A stretch of 24,842 nt of DNA from a bacterium (lineage in GTDB: Bacteria; Eisenbacteria; RBG-16-71-46), in assembly GCA_043779265.1 (NCBI GenBank), contig JAYWEM010000071.1:1-24842 (forward strand). Reading direction: 5' to 3'. Positions 16,930-24,842 of the stretch are shown here, piece after piece; position 1 is the first letter of the stretch, and each line of letters starts with the position of its first letter. Under the pieces are notes generated by a model. The model worked only from the letters and a program-made list of their open reading frames with translations. It ran no database searches and was not told the origin of the DNA. The translations under genes and the position numbers were made by a program.

Positions 16930-18345
16930 ATGAATCGTCGCGCCAAGATCGTGGTCACGCTGGGACCGGCCTCTTCGAGTGCCGAGCGCATCCGACAGTT
17001 GATCGATGCGGGCATGGATGTCGCTCGCCTCAACCTCTCGCACGGTGAGCGAGCCGAGCACGCCGCGGTCTACTCGCGGGTTCGCGCCGCTTCCGACGCC
17101 TCCGGGCACGCGGTCGCGATCCTCGTCGACCTGCAGGGACCCAAGATCCGCCTCGGACGTTTCGAGGGTGGCAGTGCGCAGATCCGTGCCGGCGATCCCT
17201 TCACGATCACCACGCAGAAGCGCCCCGGGGACTCGACCGGCTGCTCCACCAGCTACGGGGCGCTCGCGCGCGACGTGAAGCCGGGTGACACGCTGTTGAT
17301 CGACGATGGGAACGTGCGGCTCGTGGCCGACTCCACCGATGGCATCGAAGTCGTGTGCACCGTCATCGAGGGCGGCCGTGTCTCCGACCACAAGGGACTG
17401 AATCTTCCGGGCGTCCGCGTCAGCGCCCCGTCGATGACCGAGAAGGACCGCGAGGACCTGCGTTTCGCGCTGTCGCTGCGGGTCGACCTGATCGCGATGT
17501 CATTCGTGCGCAGCCCCGACGACATCCGCGACGCACACGCCATCATGGATGAGGTCGGCGCTCGTCTGCCGGTGATCGCCAAGATCGAGAAGCCCGAGGC
17601 CGTCGAGAACCTGGCGGCCATCATCCACGCCTTCGACGGGCTCATGGTGGCACGTGGCGACCTGGGCGTCGAGATCCCGCTCGAGGAAGTGCCGCTGGTG
17701 CAGAAGCTCGCGGTCCGGTTGGCGCGCGACCGCGCCCGCCCGGTGATCGTCGCGACGCAGATGCTCGAGTCCATGATCACGCACTCGCGCCCGACGCGCG
17801 CCGAGGCCTCCGATGTCGCCAACGCCATCCTCGATGGCGCCGATGCCGTGATGCTCTCGGGCGAGACCAGTGTCGGCGAGTTCCCGATCGAGACGGTGCT
17901 CACGATGGCCCGCATCATGAGCACGGTCGAGGCGCACGGCGTGTTCGAACTGGCGCCTGTGGCGCACAAGTCGGACTCGCGTCAGGACGCCATCGCCGCG
18001 GCCGCCGTGAAGATCGCCGAGGACACCCACGCTCGCGCGCTCGTCGCCTTCACCGAGTCCGGCGCGAGCGCGCGCCGCGTCGCCAGCCACCGCAGTACGA
18101 TCCCGCTGCTCGCCTTCACCTCGGAGCCCGCCGTGCGCAGCCAACTCGCGCTGCAGTGGGGCATCGAGACGTTCGTGGTGCCGAGAGTCAGCCACACCGA
18201 CGACATGGTGGAGCAGGTCAATCGCTCGATGCTCGAACTGGGCCGCGGCGCTCCCGGCGACCTGGTGGTGATGGTCGCAGGCTCGCCGCCCGGAGCCGTG
18301 GGCAGCACCAACATGGTGCGCGTGCATCGACTGGTGGCGGAGTAG
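16930..18345 (+). CDS. pyk: Pyruvate kinase
   Basis: KIVVTLGPA, RLNLSHG, DLQGPKIR, IAKIEKPEA, MVARGDLGVE, ATQMLESM, PTRAEASDVANA and MLSGETS motifs. Confidence 0.97.
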   Translation: MNRRAKIVVTLGPASSSAERIRQLIDAGMDVARLNLSHGERAEHAAVYSRVRAASDASGHAVAILVDLQGPKIRLGRFEGGSAQIRAGDPFTITTQKRPGDSTGCSTSYGALARDVKPGDTLLIDDGNVRLVADSTDGIEVVCTVIEGGRVSDHKGLNLPGVRVSAPSMTEKDREDLRFALSLRVDLIAMSFVRSPDDIRDAHAIMDEVGARLPVIAKIEKPEAVENLAAIIHAFDGLMVARGDLGVEIPLEEVPLVQKLAVRLARDRARPVIVATQMLESMITHSRPTRAEASDVANAILDGADAVMLSGETSVGEFPIETVLTMARIMSTVEAHGVFELAPVAHKSDSRQDAIAAAAVKIAEDTHARALVAFTESGASARRVASHRSTIPLLAFTSEPAVRSQLALQWGIETFVVPRVSHTDDMVEQVNRSMLELGRGAPGDLVVMVAGSPPGAVGSTNMVRVHRLVAE

Positions 18346-18631
18346 GGCGCGTTGGTTCGCTGACGCGCGATGTCCGTGAGCGGCGCAGGTCCGCGAACTG
18401 GCTGCGCCAAGACTTGACTTGACGGGTTCGCGCGCGAGCGCTTGCCTCGGCTCGCCATGGGCCCGCTCATCGGGTCCGAGTCGCTCGAGGATCGAGACGG
18501 AGACGCGGATGGCGAGCGTCTGTCGCGATTGCTGCGACGAGGCGATTCGATCGCGCACACGGCACGGGCGGCGCCCGCGAAGTGGCATGGTACGAATGCA
18601 TGCCTACTCGCCCCCGCATGAGGCGACATCC

Positions 18632-19765
18632 GTGCGTCCGATTCCGTTGCGGCAGCTCGAGGACCACGAAATCCTCGCCGGCACCCTGCAGTCGTATCGA
18701 TCGATCCGGCGGCAAGCGGCCGGGTTCCTGAGACTGCTCGCCGAACTCGACCGTCGGCAGCTCTTTCGTGCCGCGGGCTTCCCATCGGCTCATCAGTTCT
18801 GCATCGAGCGCATGGGCATGTCCGAGGACCAGGCCTTCAAGAATCTGCGGGCGGCACGCGCGGGCCGCAGGTTCCCGATCGTGTTCGACATGATCGCCGA
18901 CGGCCGAACCAACGTGAGCGCGATCACGATCCTGTCGAAGCATCTGACTCGCACCCTCGGCGAGTCGCTGCTGCGCGACTCCGCGGGCATGACCAATGCT
19001 CAGGTGAGGAGCTTGCTCGCAGCGCGCTTCCCGCAGCCGGACGTGCCCACGGTGATGTTCGCGCTGATGACTCCGGCGGCGGAGACAAAGCTCTCCGCGG
19101 GCGTCAGCGAGATGACATGCAAACTGGCCGTACGGCCAGTTGAGGCCTCCAACCCGTTGCAGGGCATCGAGCGCCTCGAAGGGCTCTCGATCGAGGTCGC
19201 ATCGATCTCACCAGTCCCGGCGCTGGCATACACTCGCATCGCACCACTCTCGCCCGCGAGCTACGCACTTCAATGCACGCTGAGCGCTGCGGCGCATGCC
19301 AAGCTGCGCGAGGTTCAGAATCTGCTCGGGCCGCGAGTCTCCCCCAGCGACATGTCCCAGGTCCTCGAGCTCGCTCTCGATGCGTTGCTGCAACAGCTCG
19401 AGCGCTCGCGCAAGGCCGCGATCCGCCGTCCGGAACCGGAGTCGCACGCCGACGCCGAGTCGAGTGGAGCAGCACCGACGGGTCCTCGGCTCGACACCGT
19501 CCCGGCCAACGCCCGACACATCCCCGCCTCCGTTCGCCGCGCCGTGTGGGCCCGCGACGGCGGCGGCTGCCAGTTCGTGAGCGCCACCGGCCATCGCTGC
19601 CTGTCGCGCTCGGGAGTCGAGCTCGATCACGTTCGGCCCGTGGCGCTGGGCGGCGCGAGCACGCTCGGCAACCTGCGACTGCTCTGTCGCGCGCACAATC
19701 AACTCGAGGCCGAGCGGCGTCTCGGCAGCGAGTTCATACGAGCCGAACGCGCCGCACCTCGCTGA
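18632..19765 (+). CDS. DUF222-like helical domain plus C-terminal HNH endonuclease (377 aa)
   Basis: GTG 18632 after GAGG. N-terminal LAELDRRQLFRAAGFPSAHQFC; C-terminal RHIPASVRRAVWARDGGGC..C..ELDHVRPVALGG....NLRLLCRAHN. Confidence 0.88.
   Translation: MRPIPLRQLEDHEILAGTLQSYRSIRRQAAGFLRLLAELDRRQLFRAAGFPSAHQFCIERMGMSEDQAFKNLRAARAGRRFPIVFDMIADGRTNVSAITILSKHLTRTLGESLLRDSAGMTNAQVRSLLAARFPQPDVPTVMFALMTPAAETKLSAGVSEMTCKLAVRPVEASNPLQGIERLEGLSIEVASISPVPALAYTRIAPLSPASYALQCTLSAAAHAKLREVQNLLGPRVSPSDMSQVLELALDALLQQLERSRKAAIRRPEPESHADAESSGAAPTGPRLDTVPANARHIPASVRRAVWARDGGGCQFVSATGHRCLSRSGVELDHVRPVALGGASTLGNLRLLCRAHNQLEAERRLGSEFIRAERAAPR
19122..19141. repeat. Perfect 20-bp palindrome AACTGGCCGTACGGCCAGTT inside the HNH gene
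   Basis: The sequence equals its own reverse complement with no spacer; it encodes KLAVRPV. Confidence 0.95.
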
Positions 19766-19772
19766 GGCACCT

Positions 19773-20372
19773 TCAACGCCGCGGATCGAGCGCCCCCGCC
19801 AGAGCCCGCGCCGCCCGCCCCCGATGCGAGATGGCGTTCTTCTCCGAATCATTCATCTCAGCGAGCGTGCGGGTCTCGCCTGCCGGCACGAAGACCGGGT
19901 CGTAACCGAAGCCGTTCGTGCCTCGAGCCTCCGCCACGATCGTCCCTTCGAGCACGCCTTCGGCCACCGCCTCGCGGCCCTCCGGCCACAGCGCGACGCA
20001 CACCGTGCGGAAGCGCGCGGTGCGCGCCGCGTCACGCGAGACTTCGAGCGCCAAGAGCAACTTGGCCACGTTGTCCTCGTACGTCGCCTGCGGGCCGGCG
20101 TAGCGTGCGGCGTGCACGCCCGGCGCGCCATCGAGGGCGTCGACCTCGAGACCCGTGTCATCGGCGATCACCGGCAGCCCTGTGAAGGCGAGCGCCGAGC
20201 GCGCCTTGATCCGCGCATTGTCGAGGAGCGTTTCGCCGTCCTCCTCGGGTGAGACGGCGCCCTCGAAATCGACGAGCGCCTCGAGCACGAGGTCGGGCAG
20301 CGACAAGAGTGATTCGAGTTCGGCGGTCTTGTGGCGATTGAACGTCGCCAGGACGAACCGCATCGGGCTCAC
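19773..20372 (-). CDS. rdgB: Non-canonical purine NTP pyrophosphatase (RdgB/HAM1)
   Basis: [39 protein letters not shown] and KNAISHR motifs. Start is GTG 20372 or ATG 20363. Confidence 0.95.
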   Translation of the reverse strand: MSPMRFVLATFNRHKTAELESLLSLPDLVLEALVDFEGAVSPEEDGETLLDNARIKARSALAFTGLPVIADDTGLEVDALDGAPGVHAARYAGPQATYEDNVAKLLLALEVSRDAARTARFRTVCVALWPEGREAVAEGVLEGTIVAEARGTNGFGYDPVFVPAGETRTLAEMNDSEKNAISHRGRAARALAGALDPRR

Positions 20373-21157
20373 TCGGGGATCAGTCCCGAGCCCGAGAGCA
20401 GCTTGCGCTGGCTCGCGGTGATGCGCTTGATGCCGCTCTTGGCGAGCGCCATCAGCCGCTTCATCGCCGCGTCATCGAACGGTTCCTTCTCGGCCGTGCC
20501 CTGCACCTCGATGAACTTGCCGCTGCCGGTCATCACCACGTTCATGTCGACGTCGGCCGTCGAATCCTCGGCGTAGTCGAGATCGAGGCACGGCACGCCC
20601 TTGATGATCCCGACCGAGATCGCCGCCACCGTGTCCCGCAGCGGCGCGCGCTTGAGGCCCTGATTGTTCGAGAGATGCAGGAACGCATCATGCAGGGCGA
20701 CCAATGCGCCGTTGATCGCGGCCGTGCGCGTCCCGGCGTCCGCCTCGAGCACGTCGCAGTCCATCGTGATGGTGCGCTCGCCGAAGGCCGTGAGGTCGGT
20801 GACCGCGCGCAGCGAGCGTCCGATCAGCCGCTGGATCTCCTGCGACCGCCCGCCCGTCTGGCTGGTGCGCGGCGTGCGGTCCTTGGTGGCTCGCGGCAGC
20901 ATCGAGTACTCGGCGGTCACCCAGCCGCGGCCGCTGTTGCGCATCCAGCCGGGGACGCGGTCCTCGATGCTCGCGGTGACGAGCACGCGGGTGCGGCCCA
21001 TGCGGATGAGCGCCGAGCCTTCGGCGTAGGACATGACGCCGCGCTCGAACTTGAGCGCCCGCAACTGGGTCGGGGTGCGGCCATCCGGGCGGGCGTCGGG
21101 CGCCTGCTCCTGCGGCTTCGCTTCATGCTCACGGATCGGCTGCGGTTTGCGGGTCAC
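20369..21157 (-). CDS. rph: Ribonuclease PH
   Basis: [44 protein letters not shown] and EVQGTAE motifs; GTGA overlap with murI. Confidence 0.95.
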   Translation of the reverse strand: MTRKPQPIREHEAKPQEQAPDARPDGRTPTQLRALKFERGVMSYAEGSALIRMGRTRVLVTASIEDRVPGWMRNSGRGWVTAEYSMLPRATKDRTPRTSQTGGRSQEIQRLIGRSLRAVTDLTAFGERTITMDCDVLEADAGTRTAAINGALVALHDAFLHLSNNQGLKRAPLRDTVAAISVGIIKGVPCLDLDYAEDSTADVDMNVVMTGSGKFIEVQGTAEKEPFDDAAMKRLMALAKSGIKRITASQRKLLSGSGLIPE

Positions 21158-22038
21158 GGGGAGGTCTCCGATGCAGGGTTGCGGGAAGTGGGTTGAACGC
21201 GCTCGGACCACGGCAGTGCGGTCTGATCGACGACCGTCACGTGGGGGAGCGGGCGGCCGAGGAACCCCTCGGCGACGCGAGAGAAACTGCGGCGACGCGG
21301 TTCGTCGCTGAGGAAGAAGTGGTGCTGCGGGCCCTTGGTGGTCGAAGCGGCCAACTGCCCGCGCTGCGCCAAGAGCTGCGCCGTCGCGCGCGCGGCCTCG
21401 GCGCCCGCGTCGATGAGTCGGACACCCGGTCCCATGTGGGCTGACAGCAGAGGAGCGAGCAAGGGGTAATGCGTGCAGCCGAGGATCAGGCTCTCGAGAT
21501 CGGCGTTGCGCAATTCGATCAGATACTCGTTGGCGACGAGCCGGGTCACGTCGTGATCGAGCCAGCCCTCCTCGACGAGCGGCACGAACAGTGGGCAGGC
21601 GCGTGACAGCACCTGCGCTCCCGGGACGAGCGCGTTGACCGCCTGCAGGTAGGCGCCACTGCCGACGGTCGCGAGCGTCCCGATGACGCCGATGCGTCCG
21701 GACGGGCTCGCGCTCACAGCGGCGCGCGCCGCCGGCTCGATCGCGCCGACCACGGGCAGGTCGAATCGACTGCGGAGCGCATCCAGCGCGTGACTCGAGG
21801 CCGTCGCGCACGCGACCACCAGACACTTCACGTTCTGCCGGACGAGGAAGTCCGAGATCTCGAGCGAGAATCGGGTCACGGTCTCACCCGACTTATTGCC
21901 ATAGGGCAGCCGTGCCGTGTCCCCGAAGTAGAGAACGGACTCGTTGGGGAGCTGCCGGAACAGCTCCCGCACGGCCGTCAGCCCTCCGATGCCGGAGTCG
22001 AAGACGCCGATGGGACGATTGTCGGTGAGTGCGGGCAT
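21154..22038 (-). CDS. murI: Glutamate racemase
   Basis: [26 protein letters not shown] and LGCTHYP (both catalytic Cys present); AGGAG SD. Confidence 0.93.
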   Translation of the reverse strand: MPALTDNRPIGVFDSGIGGLTAVRELFRQLPNESVLYFGDTARLPYGNKSGETVTRFSLEISDFLVRQNVKCLVVACATASSHALDALRSRFDLPVVGAIEPAARAAVSASPSGRIGVIGTLATVGSGAYLQAVNALVPGAQVLSRACPLFVPLVEEGWLDHDVTRLVANEYLIELRNADLESLILGCTHYPLLAPLLSAHMGPGVRLIDAGAEAARATAQLLAQRGQLAASTTKGPQHHFFLSDEPRRRSFSRVAEGFLGRPLPHVTVVDQTALPWSERVQPTSRNPASETSP

Positions 22039-22055
22039 CGATTCTCCTGACGGAC

Positions 22056-22601
22056 TCAGGGCCAATCCAGCGGATCGAGCGGTCGGTCGAGTGGCACATG
22101 ACCGCCCGCCGAGACCAGTGGACCTTGGCACACGATGCGCACTCGGCGCACGTTCGGGAGATTGGCGGCCATCGTCCGGACGATCGAACCCACGGCCACC
22201 TCCTCGGTGCGCGAGCCGCCGGCCAATCCCTGCACGAAATCCTTGGAGAGATCGAGCACCAACTCCCCGCCCTCGAGCGCATAGGCGTGACTGAGCTTCG
22301 TCGCCGCGGGCACGGTGGCCACGCCCGGACCGCGCGGTCCCTCGGCGAGCGCCTCGAGGAGTGCGGAGGCCTGAGCATGCAGCCCGTCGCGCTCGACGAT
22401 CTCGCGCGACTCGACCACCCAGCGCTCGCCCTCCTCGTTCCCGTAGTAGAGCGAGGCGGCGCGCACACCGACGGCGGTGCTGTCCGCCAGCGTCGTGCCG
22501 ACGCCGTTCGTGCCGCGACCCGGCGCGAGCCGCCAGGCGACGTACGCGAGTCCGGTGCCCACGAGCAGGAACAACACGATCCTGAAGACGCGCTTAGCCA
22601 T
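22056..22601 (-). CDS. Membrane-anchored GerMN-domain protein
   Basis: N-terminal TM, LYY, LEALAEGP...VP, VLDLS.DF, E..AVGSIVRTM..N.PNVRRVRI; amidase-GerMN-murI-rph-rdgB context. Confidence 0.8.
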   Translation of the reverse strand: MAKRVFRIVLFLLVGTGLAYVAWRLAPGRGTNGVGTTLADSTAVGVRAASLYYGNEEGERWVVESREIVERDGLHAQASALLEALAEGPRGPGVATVPAATKLSHAYALEGGELVLDLSKDFVQGLAGGSRTEEVAVGSIVRTMAANLPNVRRVRIVCQGPLVSAGGHVPLDRPLDPLDWP

Positions 22602-23973
22602 CGCGCTGCCACGCCAACACGCCATCGGCGATCAGACTCGCGAGGCGCGCGAGTCCCTCGGGACTCAGGAGTCGTTCGCGGTCCTCGCGCGAGCCGATCA
22701 CGCCGCACTCGAGCATCATGCCGGGTGCATGCACACCGAGCAGGGCGACCGGCATGCGCTCACGGACCAACGCCGGGCCGACCCCCCGCAGTTCGAGCAG
22801 GCCGATGACCGACTCGGCGAGCGACCGGCTCGTGACCGCGAACTCGGCGGCCGCATCGCGCCACGGCAGCAGACTCAGCGGACGTCCACTGCCTCGCGGC
22901 GACTCGGACAGCGTCGCGGGAGCGACCCACGCGCGCACACCGCGCGCACGCGACGAGGGATACGCATCCACGTGCAGCGAGATCACCAGGTCGGCTCGCT
23001 CGCGATTGGCGCGCTCGGCGCGCTCATGCTGCGTCAGCGACCGGTCGTCGATGCGCGTGAGCACGACCCGGCAGCCGAGCCGCTTCTGCAGCTCCGGCGC
23101 CAGGCGCTTGGCCAGTGCGAGCGTCAGGTCCTTCTCGCGCACGTCGCCATGGGTGGCGCCCACATCGCCTCCACCGTGTCCCGGGTCGAGCACGATCATG
23201 CGGATCGTGTGCGGTCCGGGAGGCGCCGGCGGCGCGAACCGCTCCCAACCGGCGACGGACTCCCTCGAGAACTCGATCGTCAGGCTGCCCGGCGCGGGGA
23301 TCAGGCGGAACGACCGAGCCTCCTCGCCGATGGCGCACTCGAACATCACGGCCTCGGGTGAAGGGCTCGCGCGCAGGTCCAGAACGAGCCCGCTCTCGGG
23401 GAGCGAATCGGGCAGCGCCTCGACCAGCTGGCCGGGAACGCGCACGCGGAATCGTGCGCGACCGCGGGCGAAGACGTTCGCCGCTGCGGCGCGCTCGCAC
23501 GGGACGATCAATCGCGTCACGCCGCCCTGCAACTGCACTCGCGGAGCGCTCACGTAGCCGCCCGGAGGCGCGGCTCGCACACGCTTGGCGAGCGGGTCGT
23601 AGACGAGGCGAGCGCGGCTCGAGTCGCTGGGCAGTTCGCCGAGGAGCGCGACCGGGACCTGCAGCTCGCCGCCTCGCGAGCGAACCGCCGCGGGCATCGC
23701 CACCGTTCGCGCATCGATCACCGCGAAGGGGATGTCCTCGGTGAGCGTGAGGCGGAACCCCGGCGCACGCAGCAGGAGCTTGCGGACATCCGATCTCCAG
23801 TACTTGGAGGCACCCAACAGTCGGGCCAGATCATTGGCGCCCACCATCTCGACGCCATCGATCGAGCGCACCGGGGCCTGGAGCGACGTCGCCTCGGTCG
23901 AGGGCGGGGCGCCTCCCGGAGAAGCCGCGATGAGAGCGAGCAGCGCGATCGCCGCCACCAGCCACCGCTTCAT
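22594..23973 (-). CDS. N-acetylmuramoyl-L-alanine amidase (Amidase_3) with signal peptide
   Basis: MKRWLVAAIALLAL signal; VLDPGHGG, EKDLTL, LTR, SLHVD and MLECG zinc/catalytic residues; ATGA overlap with smpB. Confidence 0.88.
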   Translation of the reverse strand: MKRWLVAAIALLALIAASPGGAPPSTEATSLQAPVRSIDGVEMVGANDLARLLGASKYWRSDVRKLLLRAPGFRLTLTEDIPFAVIDARTVAMPAAVRSRGGELQVPVALLGELPSDSSRARLVYDPLAKRVRAAPPGGYVSAPRVQLQGGVTRLIVPCERAAAANVFARGRARFRVRVPGQLVEALPDSLPESGLVLDLRASPSPEAVMFECAIGEEARSFRLIPAPGSLTIEFSRESVAGWERFAPPAPPGPHTIRMIVLDPGHGGGDVGATHGDVREKDLTLALAKRLAPELQKRLGCRVVLTRIDDRSLTQHERAERANRERADLVISLHVDAYPSSRARGVRAWVAPATLSESPRGSGRPLSLLPWRDAAAEFAVTSRSLAESVIGLLELRGVGPALVRERMPVALLGVHAPGMMLECGVIGSREDRERLLSPEGLARLASLIADGVLAWQRDG

Positions 23974-24449
23974 CGATCGCGTTCGCTGCTGCGCTTGGCT
24001 CGGGCGATCTCGCGATTCGACTCGCGCTCGGCGATCGCATGGCGTTTGTCGTGCGTCTGCTTGCCCTTGCCGAGGCCGATCAGGAGCTTGGCGTGCCCCT
24101 TCGAGAAGTAGAGCTTGAGCGGGATGATCGTGAATCCCTTCTGCTCGATCGCACGGCGCAGCTTCTCGATCTCGCTCGCATGCAGCAGCAGCTTGCGCTT
24201 GCGCACCGGGTCCACGTTCCAGCGATTGCTCTGTTCGTAGGGCGGAATGTGCATCTGGTGCACGAAGGCCTCCCCTGACTCGATGCCGACCCAACTCTCG
24301 GCGAGGCTCGCCTTGCCCTGGCGCAGGCTCTTGACCTCGGGGCCGACCAGCACGAGACCGGCCTCGTAAGTCTCAAGGATGGCGTAGTCATGACTCGCCC
24401 GGCGATTCTGGGCGATCAGACGATCGGAGTCCGGCTTGGTCTCGGCCAT
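23970..24449 (-). CDS. smpB: SsrA-binding protein
   Basis: NRRASHDY, EAGLVLVGPEVKSLR, RKLLLH, GFTIIPLKLY and GKGKQTHDKR motifs. Confidence 0.97.
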   Translation of the reverse strand: MAETKPDSDRLIAQNRRASHDYAILETYEAGLVLVGPEVKSLRQGKASLAESWVGIESGEAFVHQMHIPPYEQSNRWNVDPVRKRKLLLHASEIEKLRRAIEQKGFTIIPLKLYFSKGHAKLLIGLGKGKQTHDKRHAIAERESNREIARAKRSSERDR

Positions 24450-24503
24450 GGGGCTCGGGGCTCTCGCAGCCGGGCCGACGCTCGGTGTCAGGAGAAAAAG
24501 GGG

Positions 24504-24590
24504 TGGTGCGGAAGGGGGGATTTGAACCCCCACACCCTTTCGGGCGCTAGAACCTGAATCTAGTGCGTCTGCCAGTTCCGCCACTTCCGC
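24504..24590 (-). tRNA. tRNA-Leu(CAG)
   Basis: GCGGAAG/CTTCCGC acceptor stem, CTAGA-TTCAGGT-TCTAG anticodon arm, long variable arm, encoded CCA. Confidence 0.98.
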
Positions 24591-24606
24591 ATGAAGTCGG
24601 GCGGGC

Positions 24607-24636
24607 ATGGTAGTCGGGCGGAGGGAATCGAGTCAA
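24607..24636 (-). promoter_or_regulatory. Sigma70-type promoter for tRNA-Leu-smpB
   Basis: TTGACT, 18-nt spacer, TACCAT, ending 16 nt before the tRNA. Confidence 0.7.
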
Positions 24637-24661
24637 CGGGCGGGGGCACGCAACGTGGCGT

Positions 24662-24728
24662 CCGAGCCCGCCTGAGTCGCCCGCGCCCGGCCGAGGCGCC
24701 CCCGTCGGGAGTGACGCAGGCGGCTCGG
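24662..24728. other. Branched inverted repeat downstream of the edge gene
   Basis: CCGAGCCCGCCTGAGTC pairs with GACGCAGGCGGCTCGG, enclosing two small hairpins; no U tract. Confidence 0.5.
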
Positions 24729-24756
24729 CCCGGGCGTGGGTGCGCGGCGAACCCGA

Positions 24757-24842
24757 TCAGCGATAGAGGCGCTTGATCCTCCCCCAACTGGTGGTCGGCG
24801 CCGGCGTCAGGCCGCACGTGTTCGCCATCGCCGGCGTCGGGG
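24757..24842 (-). CDS. 3' end of a probable secreted protein, ...PTPAMANTCGLTPAPTTSWGRIKRLYR*
   Basis: Translated by hand (absent from the ORF track). Open from the window edge to TGA at 24759-24757 and ends in a TPxxxxSWGxIKxLYR motif. Confidence 0.75.
   Translation of the reverse strand, partial: PTPAMANTCGLTPAPTTSWGRIKRLYR

Noticed and set aside
18419..18631. 71-aa N-terminal extension of the HNH ORF, and similar extensions on rph, amidase, smpB, ssb, preA and NCS1
   Set aside because: They are low-complexity, overlap other genes, tRNAs or promoters, and downstream starts have SD sequences or stop-start coupling.
16872..19772. pyk-HNH as a classical tRNA-integrated island
   Set aside because: No repeat of the tRNA-His 3' end and no integrase; kept only as separate transfer hypotheses.
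24560..24817. 85-aa minus-strand ORF from the track
   Set aside because: It runs through the tRNA-Leu promoter into the tRNA; a different frame ending at 24757 is the credible gene end.

Overview
GC-rich (roughly 70% by eye) bacterial chromosomal window, mostly transcribed on the minus strand. Gene content and a C-terminal 'SWGRIKRLYR' motif suggest an FCB-related lineage such as Ca. Eisenbacteria (inference only). In minus-strand order it holds: the 3' end of a probable secreted protein; tRNA-Leu(CAG)-smpB-amidase-GerMN-murI-rph-rdgB; a plus-strand block of tRNA-Pro/Arg/His, an actinobacterial-looking pyk and a DUF222-like HNH endonuclease; ssb-tmRNA (tag ANEQMALAA); a reductive pyrimidine catabolism operon (mmsA-like, beta-ureidopropionase, hydA, preT, preA, NCS1 permease); then yggS-yggT-PNP-dksA-like-lspA-rluD-RsbW-like-yqgF-mltG, a structured 357-nt gap and a small DUF3098-like membrane protein. 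The best leads are the HNH gene with a perfect 20-bp palindrome in its linker and a structured upstream region, the C-terminal motif, an unassigned ~150-nt structured RNA candidate after mltG, and a one-cysteine DksA with a long basic tail containing 14-aa repeats. No CRISPR array, transposase or integrase was seen.
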